A stretch of 64,000 nucleotides of DNA from a virus (Duplodnaviria; Heunggongvirae; Uroviricota; Caudoviricetes). Location of the stretch: positions 12,183 to 76,182 of the IMG/VR virus record IMGVR_UViG_3300032070_000001; one strand, written 5' to 3'. The translations under genes and the position numbers were made by a program. Of the stretch, positions 18,260 to 27,895 are shown piece after piece. Every line of letters starts with the position of its first letter. Positions within the stretch are counted from its first letter, which is position 1. The notes below the pieces were generated by a model. That model saw only the letters and a program-made list of their open reading frames with translations, was not told the origin of the DNA and did not search any database.

Positions 18260-18472
18260 CTATGAAGAGCGCTCAGTATCGCATACCTTCTCGGTGGTGA
18301 AATCGAAAACCAGGGTGTCGTTCCTTCGCAGGTCCAGGTCCTCCGCAATGACCACGCGAGCCACCATGCCGCCCGCCGGCTTGCGGCCGAGAACGTAATA
18401 CGTCTCGACTGCCTCGGGTTTTTCACCCTTCCGAATATGGAAGAGGTTGAGCTTCAGGCGCGTTTCCGACAT
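18260..18472 (-). CDS. hypothetical protein
   Basis: 70 aa, MSETRLKLNLFHIRKGEKPEAVETYYVLGRKPAGG... Confidence 0.45.
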   Translation of the reverse strand: MSETRLKLNLFHIRKGEKPEAVETYYVLGRKPAGGMVARVVIAEDLDLRRNDTLVFDFTTEKVCDTERSS

Positions 18473-18681
18473 GGCGGCACCTCCGTCAGACTCTCCACGA
18501 GTCCGTCCACGTCGAAGTGCAATTCATCACCAGTCGTGAGGACGAGTCGCCCTGGCGGAAACACGACTCGCGCCGTACCGTCAGGGCATCGTTCTATCAT
18601 CTTCTCCGTGATTTCAATCCTGGCGATACACTCACCATCGCGCCAGTGCTCGATAGTCCGGCGGCCAACACGTTTGGGCAT
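18454..18681 (-). CDS. hypothetical protein
   Basis: 75 aa, with a short overlap with the downstream gene. Confidence 0.45.
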   Translation of the reverse strand: MPKRVGRRTIEHWRDGECIARIEITEKMIERCPDGTARVVFPPGRLVLTTGDELHFDVDGLVESLTEVPPCRKRA

Positions 18682-18714
18682 GGGCCGACTCCTGTTTAAG
18701 GCGATGGGGCAGAC

Positions 18715-18912
18715 CTACTTGCTACGACCTTTCCGATTAGTTGCCATGCGGCCCGTAGGCTTCCTCATCCTGGCTGCAATGACCGCCTCGGGACGCATCA
18801 TCATGTCTCCGACTTGCATCATCGCAGTGGTCCGCAAGTCCTTTACAATCTGGTGCAGCGCGGTCGGCGCTGCTGGCACCGCTGCGCGCTTCCTCGTTGA
18901 TTTCCTCGCCAT
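18715..18912 (-). CDS. small basic protein (65 aa)
   Basis: MARKSTRKRAAVPAAPTALHQIVKDLRTTAMMQVGDMMMRPEAVIAARMRKPTGRMATNRKGRSK from the internal ATG of tabulated ORF 18715..19302. The remainder of that ORF is low-complexity. Confidence 0.4.
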   Translation of the reverse strand: MARKSTRKRAAVPAAPTALHQIVKDLRTTAMMQVGDMMMRPEAVIAARMRKPTGRMATNRKGRSK

Positions 18913-18923
18913 GTGATCCCCTT

Positions 18924-19097
18924 TCACAGGTCCGCAGGCACGCCGCTTCGTCGCTGGATGGCAAGCGCCTGCTTGATGCACTTCTGGCGGGCCGCCTCCC
19001 GGCTCGTCTTGTTGCCGGCTTTGTAGACGTACTTGGCACCGTGAGTGCCATACTGCAAGGCCGGTTGCCCGTTCTTGGTGGTGCGATGAATCGGCAT
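18924..19097 (-). CDS. small protein (57 aa) with canonical AGGAGG RBS
   Basis: Not in the ORF track. ctAGGAGGcggcaATG...MPIHRTTKNGQPALQYGTHGAKYVYKAGNKTSREAARQKCIKQALAIQRRSGVPADL. Confidence 0.5.
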   Translation of the reverse strand: MPIHRTTKNGQPALQYGTHGAKYVYKAGNKTSREAARQKCIKQALAIQRRSGVPADL

Positions 19098-19106
19098 TGC
19101 CGCCTC

Positions 19107-20423
19107 CTAGTTCTTCAGCGGCCCCACGTCGCGCCCGCCGTCGATCAGATAGCGCTTGGGGCCGGACTTCTCGTTCTCGTGACGCAGTTTGCAGTTCAAC
19201 CGCCAGGTGATCCCATGCTTCGGATTGACACCGTGAAGCCACTGGGAAGGCTCGCGGTAGCCAGAAAGCGAGTTGTAGGCAAAGGCATCCGTTCCGACCC
19301 ACGAGCCGTTAATCAACAATTCACCATCCACATCTGCCAACGTGCTGGACGCATGATGATGGCCGACGCAGAAATAGCGGCACCGTTGGGCACCAGCCGC
19401 CGCCCCCAAGGCGATGAGCCCCTTCTGCCGGCGAACCATGCCATACCAAGGGATGCCCAAGCTACTCCGGCAATCGTCGCCGTGGGCGACATTGAAGCCG
19501 ACGCCATTGATGTTGACGTTGGCGCTCCACGCATCGGGGATGGAGAAATGGACGTTCTCTAACCCCCGACAATGCAATCGGGCCACCTCGCCAACAAGGT
19601 AGTCCCAATTGTCATTGGCCCCAAGGTAGTCCTTCTTTGGCGTCCGCCGACCGTGATTGCCGGCCAAGTAAAGGATGTTAACCTCCTCGAAATGGGCGGC
19701 CAAGTCGCGGTACATCAAGGCATGAAGCTGTCCAATAGCCAAACAGTTGCGAAACTGATTACGATAGTAGCTCCGCTCACACGCCCTATGAATTTCACCG
19801 CTGGTGTAATCCCCGTAGGCCAGAATCCAGAGAGTAGGAAAGTAGAACTTCGGGGCCAACGTGTCTTGTGTCCATTCGACCACGGTATTGACATACCGTT
19901 CGGCACGGGCGCAAGAAACCGGGAAGTTGTAGTCTTCCAGGCCACCGACCTCCTCGGGCCGCACGACCTGATCGTGGTGGCCGTCAGAAAGGTGCATGAC
20001 ACAGTGCTCGACGATCTGGGCCTTACGACGGTACTCAAAGGCCGGAGGCAGCGCTGCAAAAGGCTTGACTCGCTGATCCATTTCAGCCACAACCGCCCGA
20101 AAGAGGCCAGTGATCTTTGCACTCGCCTTGACCTTCTGCCGCTCCCGATTACGCTCCTCAGTCACATGAACGAGTTCGGCCTCCAGTGCCAAGACGCGCT
20201 CATCGGTCGGATCATAATCAGGAATGCTTTTGTGCTGACCGCCCGCCCGCTTCGGTGTCGGTGGTTCGTCGTTGGGCCACGGCACATCCTTATGAATACG
20301 CCCCGTAGTAATGTCCGACACAGTAGAGCGGCTGACCCGAAATCGCCTGGCGATCTCAGGCTGCTTGACACCCTCGGCAATGACCATTTTGATCTTTGCA
20401 ACGCGCTTCTTTGTCAGCTTCAT
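19107..20423 (-). CDS. N-terminal HTH + calcineurin-like metallophosphoesterase
   Basis: HTH KQPEIARRFRVSRSTVSDI, then phosphoesterase motifs HLSDGHHD, GNHG and CVGHHH. Confidence 0.7.
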   Translation of the reverse strand: MKLTKKRVAKIKMVIAEGVKQPEIARRFRVSRSTVSDITTGRIHKDVPWPNDEPPTPKRAGGQHKSIPDYDPTDERVLALEAELVHVTEERNRERQKVKASAKITGLFRAVVAEMDQRVKPFAALPPAFEYRRKAQIVEHCVMHLSDGHHDQVVRPEEVGGLEDYNFPVSCARAERYVNTVVEWTQDTLAPKFYFPTLWILAYGDYTSGEIHRACERSYYRNQFRNCLAIGQLHALMYRDLAAHFEEVNILYLAGNHGRRTPKKDYLGANDNWDYLVGEVARLHCRGLENVHFSIPDAWSANVNINGVGFNVAHGDDCRSSLGIPWYGMVRRQKGLIALGAAAGAQRCRYFCVGHHHASSTLADVDGELLINGSWVGTDAFAYNSLSGYREPSQWLHGVNPKHGITWRLNCKLRHENEKSGPKRYLIDGGRDVGPLKN

Positions 20424-20535
20424 GATCGTATTACCTTCGCCGAGAAGAAGATGTAAAAGAGGCCGGATGGCGCTGCCCCGTCGCCACCCGGCGCATACAG
20501 TCGGTCATAAGAGGCAGAGTTCCCAGAAGACCGAC

Positions 20536-21507
20536 TCAAGGCCGACGAATGCGGCCAAAGAAACCGTCCATGTACTTCCCAACCCAATTGATGGCGCTGT
20601 CGAAGTCGAACGGCGGTTTGAAGGCCGGAGCACCTTCATCTGGGCCGCCAGCCAGATTCCGCTGCGGATAGCCGCCCGGCGACTGGCCGGCATCCTCGAC
20701 CGGAATCTTGTCAATCTCCTCCAAGTTCGGCATAGGCACGTTGGGATTCATCGCCCATTCAATCTTGGCGGTCTTTGACCAGGCGTGAATGCGCCGCACC
20801 GGAACGATGAAGTTGAAGCCTTGCAGCTTCATCACGCCTTGAGTGAGCATCCCGATGTATTCGCCGTTCTCCTTGAGAAACATGCCGCCACCGGAGCTTC
20901 CCGGGAAGGCAACGGCCGTCACCTGATCGAAAACCTTGACCGTGGCTCCCTTCATCGGCAAAGTTCGCCCCGTCTGACTAAGCACGCCAGTAGTATAGCT
21001 ATTGGCTCCAAACTGGCCGAGCAGACTACCGCAATGGCTCAACTCGACGCCGATAGGCGGAAGGTAATTCAAGTCCTTGTGGAACTTGGCCGAGGCGCTC
21101 AACGGATACACGCTCTTGCAGCGGACCATAAGCAGAGCCAAGTCTTCACCGTAATCGGCATCGCTAACCTTGATGACCTTGCAGTCGTACTTCACTTCGC
21201 CCACGCGGCGGCCGTCTTGTTGCCGCTCCTGAACGATCTCGGGGTCCTTGTACTCGATGAGCACTCGCGGTGTGCCTTGCGGCGTAACGACCGTGCGTGT
21301 GGTACGAAGATTCTCGACAACATGTGCGGCCGTCCACACAAACGTCACGGTGTCCTCGCCGATCTTGCGGGTAACAAGTGTGCCCGACCCCTGGGCACTG
21401 CCGGCCTTGATGGTGACGCTTACGCGCTGCAACTCATCAGGGACGCTGGCAACCGCCGGACCAGCGGCCAGGGCGATCAGGGTCAAGACCAACAGCACGT
21501 ACTTCAT
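20536..21507 (-). CDS. secreted trypsin-like serine protease (S1 family)
   Basis: Signal peptide MKYVLLVLTLIALAAGPAVA. Catalytic motifs TAAHVV (His) and GSSGGGMF (Ser). Confidence 0.7.
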   Translation of the reverse strand: MKYVLLVLTLIALAAGPAVASVPDELQRVSVTIKAGSAQGSGTLVTRKIGEDTVTFVWTAAHVVENLRTTRTVVTPQGTPRVLIEYKDPEIVQERQQDGRRVGEVKYDCKVIKVSDADYGEDLALLMVRCKSVYPLSASAKFHKDLNYLPPIGVELSHCGSLLGQFGANSYTTGVLSQTGRTLPMKGATVKVFDQVTAVAFPGSSGGGMFLKENGEYIGMLTQGVMKLQGFNFIVPVRRIHAWSKTAKIEWAMNPNVPMPNLEEIDKIPVEDAGQSPGGYPQRNLAGGPDEGAPAFKPPFDFDSAINWVGKYMDGFFGRIRRP

Positions 21508-21557
21508 GATGCGTACTCCAAAGGTGAAAGGGTTAAAACGCAATCATCAAATGCACG

Positions 21558-21872
21558 TCACAAAACGTCACTCAAGTCCCCAAACGGGTCCGGTTGTTCA
21601 TACGCAATCGCAACCTCTACTTGGCTGTCATATTGCGGACACAGATAGTACAAAAGACGCTCATGAATCGCGTCCCGGATATACTCGCTATCGCCGCAAT
21701 ACGTCACAGTTACCTGGACGCACGAATCATCGTCCATCGAGTCACGACAATTCGTTGCCTCGACTTCCAAGGCACCTTGAATCGCATGTACCAAACTCGC
21801 AGGCAAAGATCGTCGGATGCGCGGCGACCACTTTCCCGCATACAGAAGAATGTCACACGTCACACGATTCAC
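21558..21872 (-). CDS. hypothetical protein
   Basis: 104 aa. ATGA overlap with the helicase stop. Confidence 0.45.
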   Translation of the reverse strand: MNRVTCDILLYAGKWSPRIRRSLPASLVHAIQGALEVEATNCRDSMDDDSCVQVTVTYCGDSEYIRDAIHERLLYYLCPQYDSQVEVAIAYEQPDPFGDLSDVL

Positions 21873-23881
21873 GGCACCGATTCCTCAATCTGTATTTCAC
21901 CCTCGCCGCCGGCATCCTTCCAATTGACACCTTCGAGAATTTCACCCATCGTCATTAGTTCCAGACGACGATTGGCCCGAAGAACGTCCAAGACACGTAG
22001 ATCACTCGGCAGGTGAAGCAAATCCACGATGGTACAACCAAGATTCTCATCCATGCCCTTCCGATGGATGCGGTCTTCCGATTGGCTGCGATACTCTGGC
22101 TTCCAAGAGTTGCTCCAATAGACTGCCATTCGGGCCGCCGTCAGGGACAGACTCATACCGCCAGACTCGGGATTAGACACGAACGCTACTCGCCCGTGAT
22201 CGGCCAAATTGTTCCAATAATCCAGAGGCTCTTCGTCAATGACGAGTTCACCGTCGTTCCCTTCACTACGGGCCGCAAAAACCTGATAGTTGCCGCCATC
22301 GCAGCGCACGACGTTCCATTTCTGCGTCAAACACAGCCTGACGATTCGGTCGATGGAACCCGTGAAGCCGGCCCAAACCACCAAGCGGCCAGTCTCCTCG
22401 TTCTCGTCCAGAAGCATCTTGAGTGCAGTATCCTTCGGACAAGGCACCTCGCGGGCAACACGCACTCGCTTGACGACTTCCCGCGTGCCCTGACACACCG
22501 GACAAGGTTGCGTATGTTTGGTCAATCGAGCAACTAGTTCCGGTTCTAACATCCCGATGGCTCCATAGCGGGCCGCCGGATCATCGGGATCGCGCCATTC
22601 CGCCACGGTCCCATCGGAACAGTGCGTACAGCGGGTCATGCCATCGGATACTTCATGATATTGGAAGCCGTCACTGAGTTCGCGCAACAGCGTCAGTCCC
22701 GTAATCGCATTGGGTGCAGCCGCGACAACAGCCTCAGCGACCCGCAACGCACTCGCGGATGGCCGGCAGATGATCCGCCGATATCGCTTATCCGGCAGGT
22801 TCAAGCAGTCTTTCTTGGGCTTAATGATGACCAATCCTTTGAGGCGTTTATACAGATAAGCAACCTCGTTCTTGCTCACCTCGTAGAGATGGTACATCTC
22901 AGGATCATCACACTCAGTCAGGGCGTGGGGCCCCGCATCCCGAGTCTGGCCACAGATGCCGCACTTGGCTTCATCATCCTTCCAGCCTGTGCGCGTCTTG
23001 TAGACCCCGCCGTCATAGGACCCCAGGACCATGAAAGCCAGCCGTTCTTCCATCGCCTTTGGACTGCCTTCCCGCAAGAAGCCTGGCCAGGCAATTTCAC
23101 ACTGGCTCCACCAATCCACAGGCCGCTTCGGAGCCGGTGTCCCCGACATCTCAATCACGTAGCCGCCCTCCAGTCCATACTTTTCGCGGATTAAATCGGC
23201 GAGCTTCTGGCAGGCTTTCGAGCGCTGCGACGTGCAGTTCTTGCAGCGACTTGATTCATCGATCACGAAAAGCCTGGGCAGCGATTGCGAACCATCCCAC
23301 TCGTCCATCACGCGAACCAGGCCCTCGTAAGTGAGCCAGACGACCTTGATCCGGTCGAAGGGGAATCCCCACATGCGGAACTCGCGCTGCATGTTCGGAA
23401 GGCTCGTCTTAGGACCAACCCACCACACCAGATCGACGCCCGAGTTCTCAATCACCATCTGGGCGGAAAGGGTCTTTCCCGTCCCCATCTCAGCGGCGAA
23501 AATATGATAGTGATACGTCAGCCCGCCGTCCGCCATGTCGAACTGATGGGGCATCGGGTCCGTCTGCACACCGTTGAGGTAATACGTTCGGTACTCGTGA
23601 TGAACCACCGGCCGATCGAACCACGCATAAACCTTCTCGCCGCAAAGAAACGCAAGCTGGAAACGATTACGCTGGCAGTCATCAACCGACCAGATTTTCT
23701 CGGGGTTCTCTTCCTCGTAGCCATGCCAACGCGATCCCTGCATAGCCTTGATCTCATCCTTGAGGGCGAAGGGGGATTTGAGAAAACGGATGCGCCCATC
23801 CCGATATTCCAGCGTCGAGGGCACACGAATCAGTGTGCCGCTGGACGTGCGAACGGTCATCTTTACTTGTTCGACAGTCAT
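21869..23881 (-). CDS. SNF2/DEAD-like helicase
   Basis: Walker A AAEMGTGKT and DExx-like box FVIDESS. Inserted Cys clusters (CGICGQ, CTHCSDG, CPVCQG). C-terminal helicase domain. Confidence 0.8.
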   Translation of the reverse strand: MTVEQVKMTVRTSSGTLIRVPSTLEYRDGRIRFLKSPFALKDEIKAMQGSRWHGYEEENPEKIWSVDDCQRNRFQLAFLCGEKVYAWFDRPVVHHEYRTYYLNGVQTDPMPHQFDMADGGLTYHYHIFAAEMGTGKTLSAQMVIENSGVDLVWWVGPKTSLPNMQREFRMWGFPFDRIKVVWLTYEGLVRVMDEWDGSQSLPRLFVIDESSRCKNCTSQRSKACQKLADLIREKYGLEGGYVIEMSGTPAPKRPVDWWSQCEIAWPGFLREGSPKAMEERLAFMVLGSYDGGVYKTRTGWKDDEAKCGICGQTRDAGPHALTECDDPEMYHLYEVSKNEVAYLYKRLKGLVIIKPKKDCLNLPDKRYRRIICRPSASALRVAEAVVAAAPNAITGLTLLRELSDGFQYHEVSDGMTRCTHCSDGTVAEWRDPDDPAARYGAIGMLEPELVARLTKHTQPCPVCQGTREVVKRVRVAREVPCPKDTALKMLLDENEETGRLVVWAGFTGSIDRIVRLCLTQKWNVVRCDGGNYQVFAARSEGNDGELVIDEEPLDYWNNLADHGRVAFVSNPESGGMSLSLTAARMAVYWSNSWKPEYRSQSEDRIHRKGMDENLGCTIVDLLHLPSDLRVLDVLRANRRLELMTMGEILEGVNWKDAGGEGEIQIEESVP

Positions 23882-23895
23882 ATCGGGTCAATGCC

Positions 23896-23933
23896 TCTAA
23901 CCTGTACGTCGGACACAATCCTCAAATTCCGAG
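23896..23933 (-). promoter_or_regulatory. motif B copy 2 upstream of the helicase, overlapping the MTase 3' end
   Basis: Minus-strand reading is ctcggaatttgaggattgtgtccgacgtacaggttagag, then 15 nt to the helicase ATG. Confidence 0.4.
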
Positions 23934-25253
23934 TCGAGCCGCTGCGATTTCGCAGTTTTCCTTACTCAACTCCACCCCGATGCACGGCCGCCCGAGCCGT
24001 TGGGCAGCCAACAACGTAGTGCCACTGCCGGCAAACGGGTCCAGAATCACCCCACCATCAGGGGTCGAAAGAAGTGTAAGTAGATAGCACATCAGGTCCA
24101 GGGGCTTCACGGTCGGATGGATATTCCCCTGGCTGACGACGTGGGACGGGCGCTTCCCGGCCGCCTTAGCGGCGTCATTCTCGGCGATCAACCGGTCGTA
24201 GTCCGCCTGCGGAATACGTTGCCAGTCATTCTTTCGGTCGGATTGATGCCAGAAGAAATCATCCAGACCCGCGTTACGTTCAGTGCCAGCGGCCTTGCCA
24301 CAATAGAAGAACCGACTGGCTCCGCCAGAATCCCCATAGGTGACCTGAACGTCGCCCGGTTTCCCGGCCCCAGCATGTTCGAGGAAAGACGGTGTTTTAC
24401 GGCGAACGCAGTTCGTGCCACTCGTCAGCGTCCCAGTCTGGGCGTCCAACTGAGCGGCGGCCACTTCATCCAGCAGAAGATTCGCTGGCCAACGTCCGCA
24501 CTCCGAACCACCCACAGGCGACCGGTTTGTACTCGCCCAGCCAGCCTTCGTGACGCTATCGCCACGGGTGCGCACCGTGCTCTCGGTGCCGATCCGGCTG
24601 GCCTCTATGTTCAGGCCCGCCACGCCCCAGATCAGGGCATTGTGGGCAATCGTTCCGTCCATCGGCCTCATCGCCAAGATGATCGGCTCCCACGCCGGTT
24701 TGAGGGCCATTGCCCAACCAGTCCAGACCGTGGCCTCGGGTGTAGCCGGGGCCGTGATCTGCGCCGCTCGCAATCTTGCATCCGTGCCAGGGGCATGTAA
24801 CCCATCTCCATCGCCGTAGCATCCACCTCCCTTGCCTTCATGCAAGTGATAACCCGGACGATCCAACTTGTCGCCAACGACCTGACGCTCTGCGCCCTTC
24901 GACGTGTCAATCAACTTGCCGATGTCGCCGCACTTCGGCATCCCTTGCCCATAGAGCCACATCAGACAGTCGCGGATTTTCCAGCCGGCATACTCGATGG
25001 CACATGTCAAGCGATGATAGGTCCGTGGCCCGCCAAAAGCCGCAAGGACGGCTCCGGGCTTGCAGACGCGGGCGATCGCCCGCCAATACTCGGGTCCCGG
25101 GACCTCGTGGTCCCAATTGCGCTCCATGAACGACAGGCCGTAGGGAGGATCGCTGCAGACGAAATCCACCGACGCCTCGGGAAGCTCCGGCAGCACCGCA
25201 CGAAGATCGCCATTGTACAGCGAAATGTCGCCTTGTTGATAGAAGGGCACCAT
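23922..25253 (-). CDS. DNA methyltransferase (N6A/N4C class, DPPY motif)
   Basis: FVCSDPPYG (motif IV), then SAM motif VILDPFAGSGTTLLAA at the C-terminus, the ordering typical of beta-class N-MTases. Confidence 0.85.
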   Translation of the reverse strand: MVPFYQQGDISLYNGDLRAVLPELPEASVDFVCSDPPYGLSFMERNWDHEVPGPEYWRAIARVCKPGAVLAAFGGPRTYHRLTCAIEYAGWKIRDCLMWLYGQGMPKCGDIGKLIDTSKGAERQVVGDKLDRPGYHLHEGKGGGCYGDGDGLHAPGTDARLRAAQITAPATPEATVWTGWAMALKPAWEPIILAMRPMDGTIAHNALIWGVAGLNIEASRIGTESTVRTRGDSVTKAGWASTNRSPVGGSECGRWPANLLLDEVAAAQLDAQTGTLTSGTNCVRRKTPSFLEHAGAGKPGDVQVTYGDSGGASRFFYCGKAAGTERNAGLDDFFWHQSDRKNDWQRIPQADYDRLIAENDAAKAAGKRPSHVVSQGNIHPTVKPLDLMCYLLTLLSTPDGGVILDPFAGSGTTLLAAQRLGRPCIGVELSKENCEIAAARLGI

Positions 25254-25297
25254 GCGTGAACTCGAAGAGGAAAGATACGTGCCAAACTAGCTAACGA

Positions 25298-25828
25298 CTA
25301 CCGGCTGCGTTTGTCGTCCAGCAGCAAAAACGTGGTCTGATCCGGAACCCACCGCGTTTGGAAGTCGCCCCAGGCATTCAGACCCGCCGCCACGAAGAGA
25401 CCATGCAACTTGTTGAAACAGTGCCGTACCGTGGACTCGACGCTATTGCTGCAGCCAGCGATAATAGCGTCTCGCCATTGAGACAAAGTGCCCGTGACGA
25501 CGGCCGCCTGGACGCCGCGCACGATGGTATCCGTGACCACGAACGGCATCCCCGCGCAGAGTTGAAGGATGTCGAGCATGTCCCGGTCGTCGGCCCCGAC
25601 GAAAGCACTGAAAGACACGTGCTTCAAGAGGTGGGGCGCTAGCCCTACTGGTGCGCGCTCATCGCGGAAGGCTGCCAGGCAAGTCAAAAAACGCTCAGCA
25701 TCCGACAACTCCCGCCGGCAGGCATCCGCGGAAGTGGACGGCGACCGACCCAAAACCTTATGACTCAAGCCAATGAAGGTTCGGAAGTCGATGCTCGGGA
25801 CCTGAATCAGTACGGCGTCCGGAATCAT
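25298..25828 (-). CDS. hypothetical protein
   Basis: Internal ATG (RC of 25826-25828) of tabulated ORF 25298..26101. The N-terminal 91 aa of that ORF overlap the upstream gene and are low-complexity. Confidence 0.45.
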   Translation of the reverse strand: MIPDAVLIQVPSIDFRTFIGLSHKVLGRSPSTSADACRRELSDAERFLTCLAAFRDERAPVGLAPHLLKHVSFSAFVGADDRDMLDILQLCAGMPFVVTDTIVRGVQAAVVTGTLSQWRDAIIAGCSNSVESTVRHCFNKLHGLFVAAGLNAWGDFQTRWVPDQTTFLLLDDKRSR

Positions 25829-25976
25829 AATCACACAGTTTGCTAAAGACGTAACAGGTCCAGATGCCGGCCGCGAACGCCACCACGCAGTCAGATGAGC
25901 ATCAGAGAGAAAAGGAAGAATGCCGGAGGCAGTCGCCACGGCCGCCTCCGGCGAAATGCCTGACAGGGCCGGGGAA

Positions 25977-26714
25977 CTAGCGGTCGCGGGCGTTCGGGTC
26001 CGCTTCGACCTTCTCGACACCGTTGTCCTTGGGTGCAAGGAACCGTTGAATTTCCCGCACAACGCGCTCCTGCGTCGGCACCTTAGTAAACAGCGAACCA
26101 CACGGCAGCACGACCGGAGCGTGCCAGATGCCTTTGCGGTTCTCGGCCACCTTCGTCTTCAACGTGACGAGGATCGGGCCATGCGGCTTCAGGTCAGTCA
26201 CATCGTTGCCAGCCGCCGCCTTGGCCTTGATGTCCGCTTCCGAAAGCGGTAGGAAGGGGAAGAGCTTCTTGGCTTCGATGCGACTCGACTTGTTACCGCA
26301 GAAGAACTCCAAGAAACGGCAGGTGGAACGCTCGAAGACCAAGAACGACGGCCCGAATTGGCAGTGCGAGTTGGTTTGCGTCGAGCGTTCGGCGATCGAC
26401 TTGAACACGTCCGATTCCATGTCGTAGCTGATGACCAAGGCTTCCATGTCGGTCATGTCGATGGCCTTCGGCCGGCGCGCCAACGGAATCAAGTCCACGC
26501 TCGCGCCCAGGTCGATGATCTCTTTCTCCGACTCCGGGATGCCATAGTGACCAGTCGGAATGAGACCCTCGATGTTCGCCTTACTCTTGGTGTACAGTTG
26601 GATTCGGCCGATGTAGTCGCCGCCCTTGGCGAGTTCCGCGAACTGGTCATCAGTGCCGATCTGGGTGGAGGGAAGCTGCTCGAAATTGACGGGAACCAAA
26701 GCGTTCTCAGACAT
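25977..26714 (-). CDS. hypothetical protein (replication/recombination block)
   Basis: 245 aa with good codon structure. No family recognised with confidence. Confidence 0.55.
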   Translation of the reverse strand: MSENALVPVNFEQLPSTQIGTDDQFAELAKGGDYIGRIQLYTKSKANIEGLIPTGHYGIPESEKEIIDLGASVDLIPLARRPKAIDMTDMEALVISYDMESDVFKSIAERSTQTNSHCQFGPSFLVFERSTCRFLEFFCGNKSSRIEAKKLFPFLPLSEADIKAKAAAGNDVTDLKPHGPILVTLKTKVAENRKGIWHAPVVLPCGSLFTKVPTQERVVREIQRFLAPKDNGVEKVEADPNARDR

Positions 26715-26756
26715 TGTTACCTCGCATGTTGCAGGCTCAAGGATGAAGGAAACTCG

Positions 26757-27740
<984 letters not shown>

Positions 27741-27742
27741 AA

Positions 27743-27823
27743 CACCTATACAAGACTCCCAAAACTCGCGTTTTTTCCAAAATAGTCCGAAAAATCCCAG
27801 CTTTTGGGAGTCTTGTATAGGTG
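27743..27823. promoter_or_regulatory. 22-bp perfect inverted repeat (cacctatacaagactcccaaaa / RC) = two outward-facing copies of motif A in a divergent intergenic region
   Basis: Left arm 27743-27764, right arm 27802-27823, 37-bp spacer. Each arm is part of ctatacaagactcccaaaa-N6-(a/t)ttttt(c/g)(c/g)aa. A third copy is at 62478-62518. Confidence 0.5.
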
Positions 27824-27895
27824 ACTATCTGCAACTCGACAGCAACGGATGTTCGTAGCGTATAAACGCTCAACATTCACGCCTTCACCGACTCT

